64,000 nt of DNA from an uncultured bacterium (GTDB lineage: Bacteria; Krumholzibacteriota; Krumholzibacteriia; LZORAL124-64-63): positions 832,001 to 896,000 of the forward strand of contig CAVSGO010000007.1 in assembly GCA_963727525.1 (NCBI GenBank). The letters run 5' to 3'. Under the pieces are notes generated by a model. It was not told where the DNA came from. It did not search any database and saw only the letters and a list, made by a program, of their open reading frames with translations. Numbering within the stretch: position 1 is the stretch's first letter; every line of letters starts with the position of its first letter. Below are positions 18,773 to 27,919 of this stretch, piece after piece. The position numbers and the translations under genes were made by a program.

Positions 18773-20014
18773 ATGGTGAACTTGAAGAAGGTCGTGGTGA
18801 CCGGTCTCGGCATGGTGACGGCGGTCGGTCGCGATCGCGACGCCACGTGGGCGTCCGTCCGGGCCGGCAAGGGCGGCGTCAGTCCGATCACTAGTTTCGA
18901 TACCGAGGGGTACCGCACGACGTTCGCGGCCGAGATCAAGGATTTTGATCCCAACGTGGTGATGGACCCTAAGGAGTCACGCAAGGCCGACCGCTATGCG
19001 CAGCTGGCCATCGCAGCCGCCGAGCAGGCCGTAGCCCAGGCCCAGTGCGGGTCGCCAAGCGATCCGTTCCGTGCCGGCGTGATCATCGCGTCCGGCATCG
19101 GAGGCATGCTCACGTTCGAGGAGCAACACACGAAGTTGATGCAGCGGGGACCACGCGGCGTGTCGCCACTCTTCATCCCGATGATGATCGCCGACATGGC
19201 GTCGGGTCTGGTCTCCATCCGGTACGGGTTCCGCGGTCCGAACTTCTCGACCGTGTCCGCCTGCGCCTCGGCCGGACACGCGATCGCCACCGCCTACGAT
19301 CATATTCGCCTGGGCAACGCCGACGTCATGATCACGGGTGGCGCCGAGGCGGCCATCTGCCCGATGGCGCTCTCCGGATTCGGAAACATGAAGGCCCTGT
19401 CCGCCCGGAACGACGAGCCCGAGAAGGCGAGTCGTCCCTTCGACGCCGAACGTGATGGATTCGTGCTCGGAGAGGGCGCGGGGATCATGGTGATCGAGGG
19501 CGAGGAGCATGCGCAGGCGCGCGGGGCGACCATCCTCGGTGAGATCGTCGGGTACGGCGCCACGGCCGACGCCTATCACATGACCCAGCCCGACAACGAT
19601 GGTGAGGGTGCCCAGGCGAGTATGAGTCTCGCGCTGAAGAGCGCGGGCATCACGCCCGAGCAGGTTGGCTATATCAACGCTCACGGCACGTCGACCTATT
19701 TCAACGACAAGATCGAGAGCCTGGCCATCCGCAAGGTGTTCGGCGACCATGCCGACCGGCTAGCGGTCAGCTCCACGAAGTCGATGGTGGGCCACCTGTT
19801 GGGGGCCGCCGGAGGAGTGGAGGGCGGCGTGACGGTCCTCGCGCTGCACGAGGGCATCCTGCCACCGACCATCAACCTCGACCATCCGGATCCCGAGTGC
19901 GATCTCGACTACTGCCCGAATCACGCGGTGGAACGCCGCGTGGAATTCGCGCTGTCGAACTCGTTCGGGTTCGGCGGTCACAACGTGTCCCTGTGCTTCA
20001 AGGCGCGGGTCTGA
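18773..20014 (+). CDS. fabF: Beta-ketoacyl-ACP synthase II
   Basis: VVVTGLG, SACASAGHAI, INAHGTST, KSMVGHLLGAAG, SNSFGFGG; GAGGAGG RBS. Confidence 0.96.
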   Translation: MVNLKKVVVTGLGMVTAVGRDRDATWASVRAGKGGVSPITSFDTEGYRTTFAAEIKDFDPNVVMDPKESRKADRYAQLAIAAAEQAVAQAQCGSPSDPFRAGVIIASGIGGMLTFEEQHTKLMQRGPRGVSPLFIPMMIADMASGLVSIRYGFRGPNFSTVSACASAGHAIATAYDHIRLGNADVMITGGAEAAICPMALSGFGNMKALSARNDEPEKASRPFDAERDGFVLGEGAGIMVIEGEEHAQARGATILGEIVGYGATADAYHMTQPDNDGEGAQASMSLALKSAGITPEQVGYINAHGTSTYFNDKIESLAIRKVFGDHADRLAVSSTKSMVGHLLGAAGGVEGGVTVLALHEGILPPTINLDHPDPECDLDYCPNHAVERRVEFALSNSFGFGGHNVSLCFKARV

Positions 20015-20024
20015 TCGCGCGGCC

Positions 20025-20849
20025 ATGACGCTGCGCTCATTCTGGCTACGTCTCACGGGCGGCGGTGCGGACGCGACACCCGACACCGCCGCACCGGTGG
20101 CCCAGGATCCGGAAAACCTCGAGCGCCTCGAGGTCAAGCTCGGTCACACCTTCGAGGATCCTTCGCTGCTCGCCAACGCTCTGGTGCACCGCTCCCATAT
20201 CCACGTCAGTCAGGCCGCCCGCATCGAATCGAACGAGCGTCTCGAGTTCCTGGGCGATGCTGTGCTCGGCGTCGTCGTGAATGCGTACCTCTATGAGCGC
20301 TTCCCGGAGGCGAGCGAGGGTGACCTGACGAAGATGAAATCGCTCCTCGTGTGCGGGAGCCGTCTGAGCGAGGTCGCGGCGCAACTCGACCTCGGCAGCC
20401 ATGTCCAGATGTCTCGCGCCGAGGCCGCCACGGGGGGGCGCCATCGTTCGAGCATCCTGGCCGACACCACCGAGGCTCTGATCGGCGCCATCTATCTCGA
20501 CGGAGGACTCGAAGCGGCGGAGGCGATGATCAACCGTTGCTTGCTGGTGCAGTGCGACCAGGTGCTGGCCCGGCGCGGTCTCGACAACTACAAGAGCCGC
20601 CTGCAGGAGATGGTCCAGGCTCGCTACAAGAGTCCGCCCCGCTACCGCGTGCTTTCCGCCGAGGGGCCGGATCACGCGCGCGTGTTTACCGTGTGTGTCA
20701 CCTTCAACGGCACCGCCCTCGGTCAGGGGGAAGGGCCGAACAAGAAGACCGCCGAGCAGGTTGCCGCGCATTCCGCTCTGGAACGACTGACGCGCGAACC
20801 CGACCTGCTGGCGGAGTTGGGTGGCGACGGGCGCGGTCCCGCCGAGTGA
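20025..20849 (+). CDS. rnc: Ribonuclease III
   Basis: NERLEFLGDAVL, ADTTEALIGAIYLDGG, dsRBD (NYKSRLQE...GPDH...KKTAEQ). Confidence 0.95.
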   Translation: MTLRSFWLRLTGGGADATPDTAAPVAQDPENLERLEVKLGHTFEDPSLLANALVHRSHIHVSQAARIESNERLEFLGDAVLGVVVNAYLYERFPEASEGDLTKMKSLLVCGSRLSEVAAQLDLGSHVQMSRAEAATGGRHRSSILADTTEALIGAIYLDGGLEAAEAMINRCLLVQCDQVLARRGLDNYKSRLQEMVQARYKSPPRYRVLSAEGPDHARVFTVCVTFNGTALGQGEGPNKKTAEQVAAHSALERLTREPDLLAELGGDGRGPAE

Positions 20850-20874
20850 CGCATCGCCGTGGAGAGTCATCCCC

Positions 20875-22686
20875 ATGCAGATTCGCCGGCACATCGTCGG
20901 TTACGGTTTGCTTGTCGTCACTGTGAGCGCGTGCGCCCAGTCGGCGCCGCCCGCGACCCCGCCCGATTTGCCGCCGCCCGCCGATCGCGTGCAGAGGCTC
21001 GGCGGCGAGGTCGGACGCGATATGGGTTTGCCCCTCGGGGCGGGCCCGGCTTACCAGATCGGACGCACGCTCGCCCAGCAGGGTGATCCCCAGGCGGCGC
21101 TGCCGTACCTGAACCAAGCGTTCCGCATGGCGCCCGATGTCGAACGCATCGGCGCGACCTATCTCGACGTTCTCGTCGCCACCGGCTACGAGAGCGACGC
21201 CCTCAACGTCGTATCGGGCCTCGTCCGCCTGCATCCCGGCGACATGGCCTACCGTCGCCGCCACGCGGCTCTGCTGGCGCGCGCGGGGCAGTACCGTCAG
21301 GCTCTCGATGAGGTCCAGCAGGTGCAAGCCGCACAGGTCGACGACGTCGATCTGGTGAAACTCGAGTGCGAGCTGCGCGAACGGCTCGGCGAGGTCGACC
21401 GGGCGCTCACTGTCGCGGCGGCCGCCGAGGACCGGTTCCCCGACGCGCGCCAGGAGCTCGTGGTGCTGCAGGCGGCCATCCTGAGGCGTGCCGACCGGCG
21501 CGACGACCTCGAGGTTCTGCTGCGCTCTCGCCTGGGCACCATGCCGACCTCCGTACCGATCCGCCAGGCTCTGTTGCGCGCCCTCGTGGAACGCAAGGAT
21601 CTGGCTGCCGCGCTGGTCGTGGCCGAGGAGGGGGACGCGTTGCCCTCGTCCGGGGACGCGGAGACCAAAGCGGGTTTCCAGATCCAGCTCGCCGATATGC
21701 TCGTCCGTGACGGCCGCTATCCCGAGGCCGTCGACGTGCTCAACGACCTGCGCAGCCGCGGCCAGGCCGACCAGGATGCCCAGCTCTGGCTCACACGGCT
21801 GCTCGTCGGCCTGGGACGCAACGAGCAAGCCAAGGATATTCTGGGCGCCATCCTCGAGCGCTGGCCCCGGGCGGGCGAGGCTCACTACCTGCGTGGCAAG
21901 GTCGCCCTCGGCGAGGGGGATGCCGGCACGGCGCTCGCGAGTCTGCGGCAAGCCGTGTCCCTGGCACCCGATCGCGTCGATTTCCGCCTGGCGCTACTGC
22001 AAGGCCTGCTCACGACCCGCCGCGACGCGCTCGCGGCCACAGCGCCCACGCCCGCGCAGCAGGCCGTGCGCGAAGAGCTGTCCAAGCAGGCTGAGAAGGC
22101 TGCGTTCCAGGTGCATCCGCGCGATGCCGCGGGGCATCTCATTCTCGGCTATGCTTACGAGGCGCTCGACGAACTCGAGAAAGCAGCTCGCCAGTTCGAG
22201 GCCGCCGGCGAGGTGAACGACGTGCGTGTTCAGGCGATGCTCGAGCTGAGCCTTTGCTACGAGCGGATGGGCGAGACGAGCCGGGCGGGCAAGACGCTCG
22301 AGAACCTGCGGCAAGAGTTTCCGGATCAGCCCGAGGTGGCGAACACCCTCGGGTATTTTCTGGCCGAGCGCGGGACGGATCTCGGGCGCGCCGAGGATCT
22401 CGTACGCCAGGCCCTGAAGGACGATCCGGTGAACGGGGCGTACCTCGATTCGCTGGGCTGGGTCCTCTACAAGCGAGGCGACCATGCGGCCGCCTTCGAC
22501 CAGCTCGTCGAGGCGGCGAATCAGCGTCCGGAAGATCCCGTCATCCTCGAGCATCTCGGACTGACGCTCCGCGCGCTCGGCCGTTCGGCCGAGGCGCTCA
22601 ACGTCCTGCGTCGGTGCCTCGCCGCTGGCGGCGAGACCGCACGCATCGCCCCCGTGATCAAGGAGCTGGAATCCGATGAGCAATAA
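20875..22686 (+). CDS. TPR-repeat lipoprotein
   Basis: Signal peptide with VSAC lipobox; many TPRs; C-terminal NTLGYFLAE...NGAYLDSLGW...PEDPVILEHLG. Confidence 0.8.
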   Translation: MQIRRHIVGYGLLVVTVSACAQSAPPATPPDLPPPADRVQRLGGEVGRDMGLPLGAGPAYQIGRTLAQQGDPQAALPYLNQAFRMAPDVERIGATYLDVLVATGYESDALNVVSGLVRLHPGDMAYRRRHAALLARAGQYRQALDEVQQVQAAQVDDVDLVKLECELRERLGEVDRALTVAAAAEDRFPDARQELVVLQAAILRRADRRDDLEVLLRSRLGTMPTSVPIRQALLRALVERKDLAAALVVAEEGDALPSSGDAETKAGFQIQLADMLVRDGRYPEAVDVLNDLRSRGQADQDAQLWLTRLLVGLGRNEQAKDILGAILERWPRAGEAHYLRGKVALGEGDAGTALASLRQAVSLAPDRVDFRLALLQGLLTTRRDALAATAPTPAQQAVREELSKQAEKAAFQVHPRDAAGHLILGYAYEALDELEKAARQFEAAGEVNDVRVQAMLELSLCYERMGETSRAGKTLENLRQEFPDQPEVANTLGYFLAERGTDLGRAEDLVRQALKDDPVNGAYLDSLGWVLYKRGDHAAAFDQLVEAANQRPEDPVILEHLGLTLRALGRSAEALNVLRRCLAAGGETARIAPVIKELESDEQ

Positions 22687-23431
22687 ACGGTCGAGTCCCT
22701 GTCTCGCGATCGTGATGGTCGGCCTCGCCGTCGCGGTCTGGCCTGCCGGCAGCCGCGCTGCCGGCGAACAGGCGACGCTCGGCCTGGCCGAGTGGCATAT
22801 CGAGAGCGCCCTGGCCCCGGCATCCGGTCGTGCTCTCTGGTTCATCGACCGCGCCGGTTCCTGGCGCTGCGATGTCGGCGTGGGCGAGGGGGCCGCGGTG
22901 ACGGTCTCCGATCTGCGCGATCGCCGAGGGCGGGGCTGGACCCTGGCCGCGCCCTGGGATGGCGCCATGCTGCTCGAGGCCTGGGGCGAGCCTTGGCGCG
23001 AAGGGGGCAAGGCCGTGACCGCCGTGATGGCGGGCATCCTCGGACGCTGGACCGATACCGGAGATGGCCCGGCGACCACGGAACGCCGCTACGGCGCCTG
23101 GACCCGGCCGCGACCGCGCCGTCACCTGACCGTCGTCGTGGATACGGACGATCTGCCGGATGCCTGGCGTCCGCCCGACGCGCGTGACATCGCCGGCAAG
23201 GGCACGCGCCGCGCCATGGTCTCCCGCGGCCACGGACGTGGCGGACAGGGGCTGCGCATCGCCATCGAGGCGCGTCCCCAGGGTGGCCTGAGCCTGACGA
23301 CCGCCCGCTATCCGGGCGCTCTCGTCCTGAACACTCCCGCTCTCCAGCGAGTGACATCGTTGCCGCCAGAAGCGTTCCTCCCGGTCTGGTCGGTCGCGGA
23401 GCTGGGGCTCGCCGCTGGATTGTCCGAATAG
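22676..23431 (+). CDS. Hypothetical secreted protein
   Basis: Sec-type signal peptide; overlaps the TPR gene stop; no recognised motif. Confidence 0.55.
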   Translation: MSNKRSSPCLAIVMVGLAVAVWPAGSRAAGEQATLGLAEWHIESALAPASGRALWFIDRAGSWRCDVGVGEGAAVTVSDLRDRRGRGWTLAAPWDGAMLLEAWGEPWREGGKAVTAVMAGILGRWTDTGDGPATTERRYGAWTRPRPRRHLTVVVDTDDLPDAWRPPDARDIAGKGTRRAMVSRGHGRGGQGLRIAIEARPQGGLSLTTARYPGALVLNTPALQRVTSLPPEAFLPVWSVAELGLAAGLSE

Positions 23432-23434
23432 GAC

Positions 23435-23460
23435 GGAACTCGGTGGCGTCCCCGGGTGTT
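23435..23460 (+). promoter_or_regulatory. Candidate ECF-sigma (autoregulatory) promoter
   Basis: GGAAC-N18-GTT immediately upstream of the ECF sigma gene. Confidence 0.45.
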
Positions 23461-23498
23461 CCAACGGGCGCTGGCAGTTCCGCGTGCAGGAGGGTGAT

Positions 23499-24194
23499 GT
23501 GAATTTCTCCCGTGACGAGCAGTTCAACCGGCCGACGGCCGTGGGCGCGAACCTGGGACCCACCCGCGACGAGGACCTCATCGTCCTCGTCCAGAAGGGC
23601 AACCGGCGCGCGTTCGATGAGATCGTGGCACGGTACAAGGGCCGGCTCTACTCCTTCATCCTGCGGATGGTGAAAGACGGGAACCTGGCCGAGGAATTGA
23701 CGCAGGAGACGCTGATCCGCGTCTACCTGCACGCCGATAAGTACCGCGAGATCGCGAAGTTCTCGACCTGGGTATTCACGATCGCGACCAATCTTGTGCG
23801 CAACAAGATGCGGCAGCGCTCGCGGATGCCGCGGTTCCTCAGCCTCGATCCGGCGCCGGAGAACGACGATGACATGCCCCTGGATCCGCCCGACCACACG
23901 GCCGACCCTTCGCGTGCTGTGGAGGGAGAGGAACTGGGGAAACTCATCGCCGAGGCCACGGCGCGGATTCCGGAGAAGTACCGGATCCCGTTCCTCCTGC
24001 GCGAGGTCGATCAGCTCTCCTACGAGGAGATCCAGCAAGTCACCGGACTGAAGCTTGGCACCGTGCGCTCGCGCATCAATCGTGCGCGCAATCGGTTCCG
24101 GCAGAACATCAAGCCGCTCCTGAAGAATGAGAGCTTGCTCGCCGAACTCGAACGGATCGAGGCCCGAGCGGCCGCCGACGATCAAGACGACTGA
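23499..24194 (+). CDS. ECF RNA polymerase sigma factor (RpoE/SigW-like)
   Basis: DEDLI...AF..IVARY, AEELTQETL, KFSTWVFTIATN, LSYEEI...GTVRSRINRAR. Confidence 0.92.
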   Translation: MNFSRDEQFNRPTAVGANLGPTRDEDLIVLVQKGNRRAFDEIVARYKGRLYSFILRMVKDGNLAEELTQETLIRVYLHADKYREIAKFSTWVFTIATNLVRNKMRQRSRMPRFLSLDPAPENDDDMPLDPPDHTADPSRAVEGEELGKLIAEATARIPEKYRIPFLLREVDQLSYEEIQQVTGLKLGTVRSRINRARNRFRQNIKPLLKNESLLAELERIEARAAADDQDD

Positions 24195-24209
24195 TCGCAG
24201 AGACGCAAG

Positions 24210-24971
24210 ATGCGCAAGGAAATGGAGGCGCAAGAGATCATGACGTGCAACCGGATGCGGGAATGGATCAGCCTTGAATGCGACGGACACCTGGAGCCCG
24301 AGCGGGTTCCGCGGCTGCTCGCGCATCTCGAGGCCTGCGAGGAGTGCCGCACCTATCGGAGCGATCTTCAGCTCGGACAGCGACTCCTGCGTGCCACCCA
24401 GGCTGAACCCGCCGAAGGTTTCGCCTGGCGGCTGCAACTTCGCCTGAACAACGCCCTCAAGGACGCGGCTCGTGAGGCCGCCGCACCCTGGCCTGTGCCT
24501 TCGTACTCATGGCGGCGCTGGCTCGGACCTTTCGCGGTGGCGTCGAGCGTGGGCCTGGCGGCGGTGCTGGCCGTGGCCCTGTTCACCATGCCGGCCACGG
24601 GCGTGCGCGGCCCCATCGCGACCGGCGAACAGGTCGCCGTCGACGGACTCGCGCGCGTGCCCCTCGCCGGCCAGGGGGCCACGGAATTCTTCGACCGCAG
24701 CCGGCGGCCGCTCACGCCGGCGGCGAGCACGAGTCGGGTCTTTGGCGCCTATGGCAATCCGTACCAGCAGACGGTCTCGCTCGAGCGCGGGGGCGGCCTG
24801 TCCGCGAACGGCTGGAACGGTCTGCCCAGTGGCGACCTCGTACGGCTCCAGCGACTGCAGCAGGAGAACGATATCCTGCGCCACCGCGCGACGCAGGCCG
24901 AGCTGCGGTCCCAGCGGCTGCAGGCCCGACTTGACAGTCTCTCGTTCCGTCCCCTAGATAACCAGCAGTAG
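24210..24971 (+). CDS. Zinc-binding (ZAS/zf-HC2) transmembrane anti-sigma factor; start may be 24240
   Basis: C...HLEACEEC (HxxxCxxC), one TM helix, C-terminal coiled coil; directly follows the ECF sigma. Confidence 0.82.
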   Translation: MRKEMEAQEIMTCNRMREWISLECDGHLEPERVPRLLAHLEACEECRTYRSDLQLGQRLLRATQAEPAEGFAWRLQLRLNNALKDAAREAAAPWPVPSYSWRRWLGPFAVASSVGLAAVLAVALFTMPATGVRGPIATGEQVAVDGLARVPLAGQGATEFFDRSRRPLTPAASTSRVFGAYGNPYQQTVSLERGGGLSANGWNGLPSGDLVRLQRLQQENDILRHRATQAELRSQRLQARLDSLSFRPLDNQQ

Positions 24972-25012
24972 GGAATCGACGATCCGTCGAGGCCCCGCGC
25001 TGAGAGGGGAGA

Positions 25013-26068
25013 GTGCCGATGACGGGACGGGCCATACCTACAGTCTTATCGCTGACGATCATCCTCACCGTGGTGGGGTGTGTCGGGAATGAGGGCGCCA
25101 TTCTCATGGCGCCCGGTTCCTACGGCGATATCGCGATCGTCGCCTCCAGTGACGAGCTCGCGGGCGCACTCCGCTCCTTCACCAACGAACTCAACCGGGA
25201 ATACTCGTTCGTCATCGCCCGCGAGATGCAATTCAACATCGACGTGTTCGAACCGGCGCGCTGGGAACTCTGCAAGGGCTACAAGAACGTCATCCTGGTC
25301 GCCGTGCTTCCGGACGGCGGTCCGGTCGTCAAGGCCCTGAAGAAGCACGTGAGTTCCGACGAGTACCAGAAGCTGGCCACCAGCGCGGCGTCGATGCTCT
25401 ATCTCGAGGAACCGTTCGCGAACTACCAGTTCGCCGTCGTCGTGGCCGGTCGCGACCGGAACAGCGTCCTGAGCCTGCTGCACCAGCATGCCGACGATCT
25501 GCGCCAGGTGATCGAGAACAAGGCGGCCGCGCGAATCATGCGGCGCTATCGCGTCGACGGGCTCGACTCGAACATCATGACCTCCCTCTGGAACAAGGAT
25601 CATTTCTTCCTCGAGGTACCGAACGTCTACCACCTGAACCAGGATCGCCCGGATGGTTTTTCAGCGGTGGAACTCATGCAGAATGGCCCCTCACGCGGCC
25701 TGACCGTATCCTGGCGCGAGGTGGACGACCCTGTTGCCGTCCTCGCCGATACGACGGCGCTGCTCACGATGCGCGAGGCGATGGGGCGCGAGCTGCACGA
25801 CGAGGAACTGGTGCCCGAAACCTTCGTCTGGACGGAGGACACGATCGGTGACATGCGGGCGGTGAAGCTGGAGGGGGCCTGGAGCAGCACGGACAAGAAT
25901 TTCTTCGGGGGCGGGCCGTTCTGGTCGTGGTTCGTTGCCGATCCGGGAACGCGGAGACTCTTCTGCCTCGACGCACTCTGCTATGCGCCGGGCCTCGACA
26001 AGATGGACATGTTCCGGCGCATGCGCGCCATCCTCGAGACGTTCTCGCTCAAACGGCCGCAGCCCTGA
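25013..26068 (+). CDS. DUF4837-like lipoprotein
   Basis: VVGC lipobox; C-terminal G.W......GGPF.S...D.....LDALCYAP..DK....R....L.TF. Confidence 0.7.
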   Translation: MPMTGRAIPTVLSLTIILTVVGCVGNEGAILMAPGSYGDIAIVASSDELAGALRSFTNELNREYSFVIAREMQFNIDVFEPARWELCKGYKNVILVAVLPDGGPVVKALKKHVSSDEYQKLATSAASMLYLEEPFANYQFAVVVAGRDRNSVLSLLHQHADDLRQVIENKAAARIMRRYRVDGLDSNIMTSLWNKDHFFLEVPNVYHLNQDRPDGFSAVELMQNGPSRGLTVSWREVDDPVAVLADTTALLTMREAMGRELHDEELVPETFVWTEDTIGDMRAVKLEGAWSSTDKNFFGGGPFWSWFVADPGTRRLFCLDALCYAPGLDKMDMFRRMRAILETFSLKRPQP

Positions 26069-26120
26069 TCGGTGCGGGCGACGGAAGGACCGCCGCGTGC
26101 GCGTACATTCCCCCCGTACC

Positions 26121-26885
26121 GTGATGATTCCCGCGGTTCTGTGCTTGCTGACTGGTGTCCCGGTCGCCATGGCAGCCCGGAACGACGCCGGACAGGTCGA
26201 TACCGGGCGCCACCGGCCGCAGGCGGTTGCGGTTGCCGACACCGGCCGCGCCGGCCAACCCTCGCGAGTGGAGGCCGCCATCGGCGTGGGCATGCTCACC
26301 AGCGGCGATCTGCTGCGGGTCCGGACGGCGGCGGGTTCCGGCATCCCCTGGGCACCACCCGGGGGCTCGTCATTCGTGTCGGATGAGTACCTGCTCACGA
26401 TCGATGAGGACGTAGCGTTCTCGCTCATGGTCAAGTACGATCTTACCCGATGGCTGGCCGTGCGTGCCGACGGCAGCACGGCGCGCGTCTCCGTCACGGC
26501 GAAAGCCCACAGCGGCGAGGTCGTGAATCTTCACCAGTGGGACACCGTCACGCTCAGCATGCTGGGGCTCGCCATCGAGGGCAAGCTGGTGCAACAGCCT
26601 AGCTATCCCTACCTGCTCGCGGGCGTCGCCTATGTGTCGCTGAGCGGCCATGGGGGCGAGGGTTTCGACCAGTCGCGCCTCGCGTTGCGGTTCGGTGCCG
26701 GCTACCACCACGATCTCGGGCAGCGGCTCGGCCTGCGCGTCGAAGCCCGCAATACGTTGCAACAGTTCAAGTTCTCGGACTACGTGCCACCAGTCGACGG
26801 CGCCATCCTGCCGAATTACACGATCGAGGAACGGGGACCGCAGCAACTCTGGGAGCTGCTGCTCGGGCTCACGGGCCGATTCTGA
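26121..26885 (+). CDS. Small outer-membrane beta-barrel protein
   Basis: Signal peptide, alternating beta strands, PYLLAGV, FGAG...LRVEAR, C-terminal Phe. Confidence 0.7.
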   Translation: MMIPAVLCLLTGVPVAMAARNDAGQVDTGRHRPQAVAVADTGRAGQPSRVEAAIGVGMLTSGDLLRVRTAAGSGIPWAPPGGSSFVSDEYLLTIDEDVAFSLMVKYDLTRWLAVRADGSTARVSVTAKAHSGEVVNLHQWDTVTLSMLGLAIEGKLVQQPSYPYLLAGVAYVSLSGHGGEGFDQSRLALRFGAGYHHDLGQRLGLRVEARNTLQQFKFSDYVPPVDGAILPNYTIEERGPQQLWELLLGLTGRF

Positions 26886-26918
26886 CCGCCGGAAACGCCG
26901 ATTCTGTGGGGGATTTCC

Positions 26919-26947
26919 TTGGCGGGGCCCCGCGGCGGCGCTATATT
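26919..26947 (+). promoter_or_regulatory. Sigma70-type promoter for parA
   Basis: TTGGCG, 17 nt, TATATT. Confidence 0.45.
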
Positions 26948-27015
26948 CCGTGGGTTATGCCGACGACTCGCGATCGACGCGAGGACCGCACGACCAGCCC
27001 CAGAGGATCCCATAC

Positions 27016-27912
27016 ATGAGCAACGTTATCGCCGTGGTGAACCACAAGGGTGGGAGCGGGAAGTCCACGACTGCCATCAATCTGGCCGCCGGGCTCACCC
27101 GCTACAGCGACGTCACGTCCTCGTGCCTCCTAATCGACATGGATCCCCATGGCTGCGCCACCAGCACGCTGCTGGGCAAGCTGGATGGCGAGCCCCCCGC
27201 GCGGAGCGTCTTCGATGTGCTGCGCCGCGCCATCACGCCGCACGACGGGATTGCGAGCACTGTCTACGACGAGAACATCGACGTGCTGCCATCGAACCCG
27301 TCGCTCGAGAGCATGGCCAAGACGCAGATCACCGATCGCCTGGCCAAGGTCGTGCAGGCTCTCACGACGAGCTATGGCTGGATCATCATCGATACGCCGC
27401 CGAACCTCGGGGTGCTCACGCAGAATGCGCTCGTCGCGGCCGACTACGTCCTGATCCCGACGCCGTGCACGGGCCTGGCGGTGCCGGCGCTGCGCCAGCT
27501 CAAGCAGCTGATCGAGCGGATCAAGGAGCGTCAGAATGTCTGGTTGCAGATGCTCGGCGTGCTGATCACGCTGAAGGACGGGCGTACGCCCCTACAGAAG
27601 GGTGTTCGGCGGGAGCTGGGCAACATCTTCGACAAGAACGACATCTTCCGCACGATCATCACGAACAACATCAAGATCGAGGAAGCCCCGGCAAACTTCC
27701 AGAGCATCTTCGCGTACGATTCCGGTTGTCTCGGCGCGTCCCTCTATCGCGACTGGATCAAGAAGGAATTCCTGAAGAAGCACCAGAAGCTGGAAAAGAT
27801 GCGGATGGAGCAGCGCGAGGCGGCGGCCGCCGTGCAGGCGGCGGCGGTGGCCGAGGCCGCGAGCGCGAAAGAGGAAGAGGAAGAAGAGGCCGAGTCGGCG
27901 GACGAGGAATAG
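27016..27912 (+). CDS. ParA/Soj family ATPase (orphan) with Ala/Glu-rich tail
   Basis: NHKGGSGKSTTAINLAA deviant Walker A, IDMDPHG, IIDTPPNLG.LT.NAL.AAD, IEEAP. Confidence 0.88.
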   Translation: MSNVIAVVNHKGGSGKSTTAINLAAGLTRYSDVTSSCLLIDMDPHGCATSTLLGKLDGEPPARSVFDVLRRAITPHDGIASTVYDENIDVLPSNPSLESMAKTQITDRLAKVVQALTTSYGWIIIDTPPNLGVLTQNALVAADYVLIPTPCTGLAVPALRQLKQLIERIKERQNVWLQMLGVLITLKDGRTPLQKGVRRELGNIFDKNDIFRTIITNNIKIEEAPANFQSIFAYDSGCLGASLYRDWIKKEFLKKHQKLEKMRMEQREAAAAVQAAAVAEAASAKEEEEEEAESADEE

Positions 27913-27919
27913 TCGCCCG

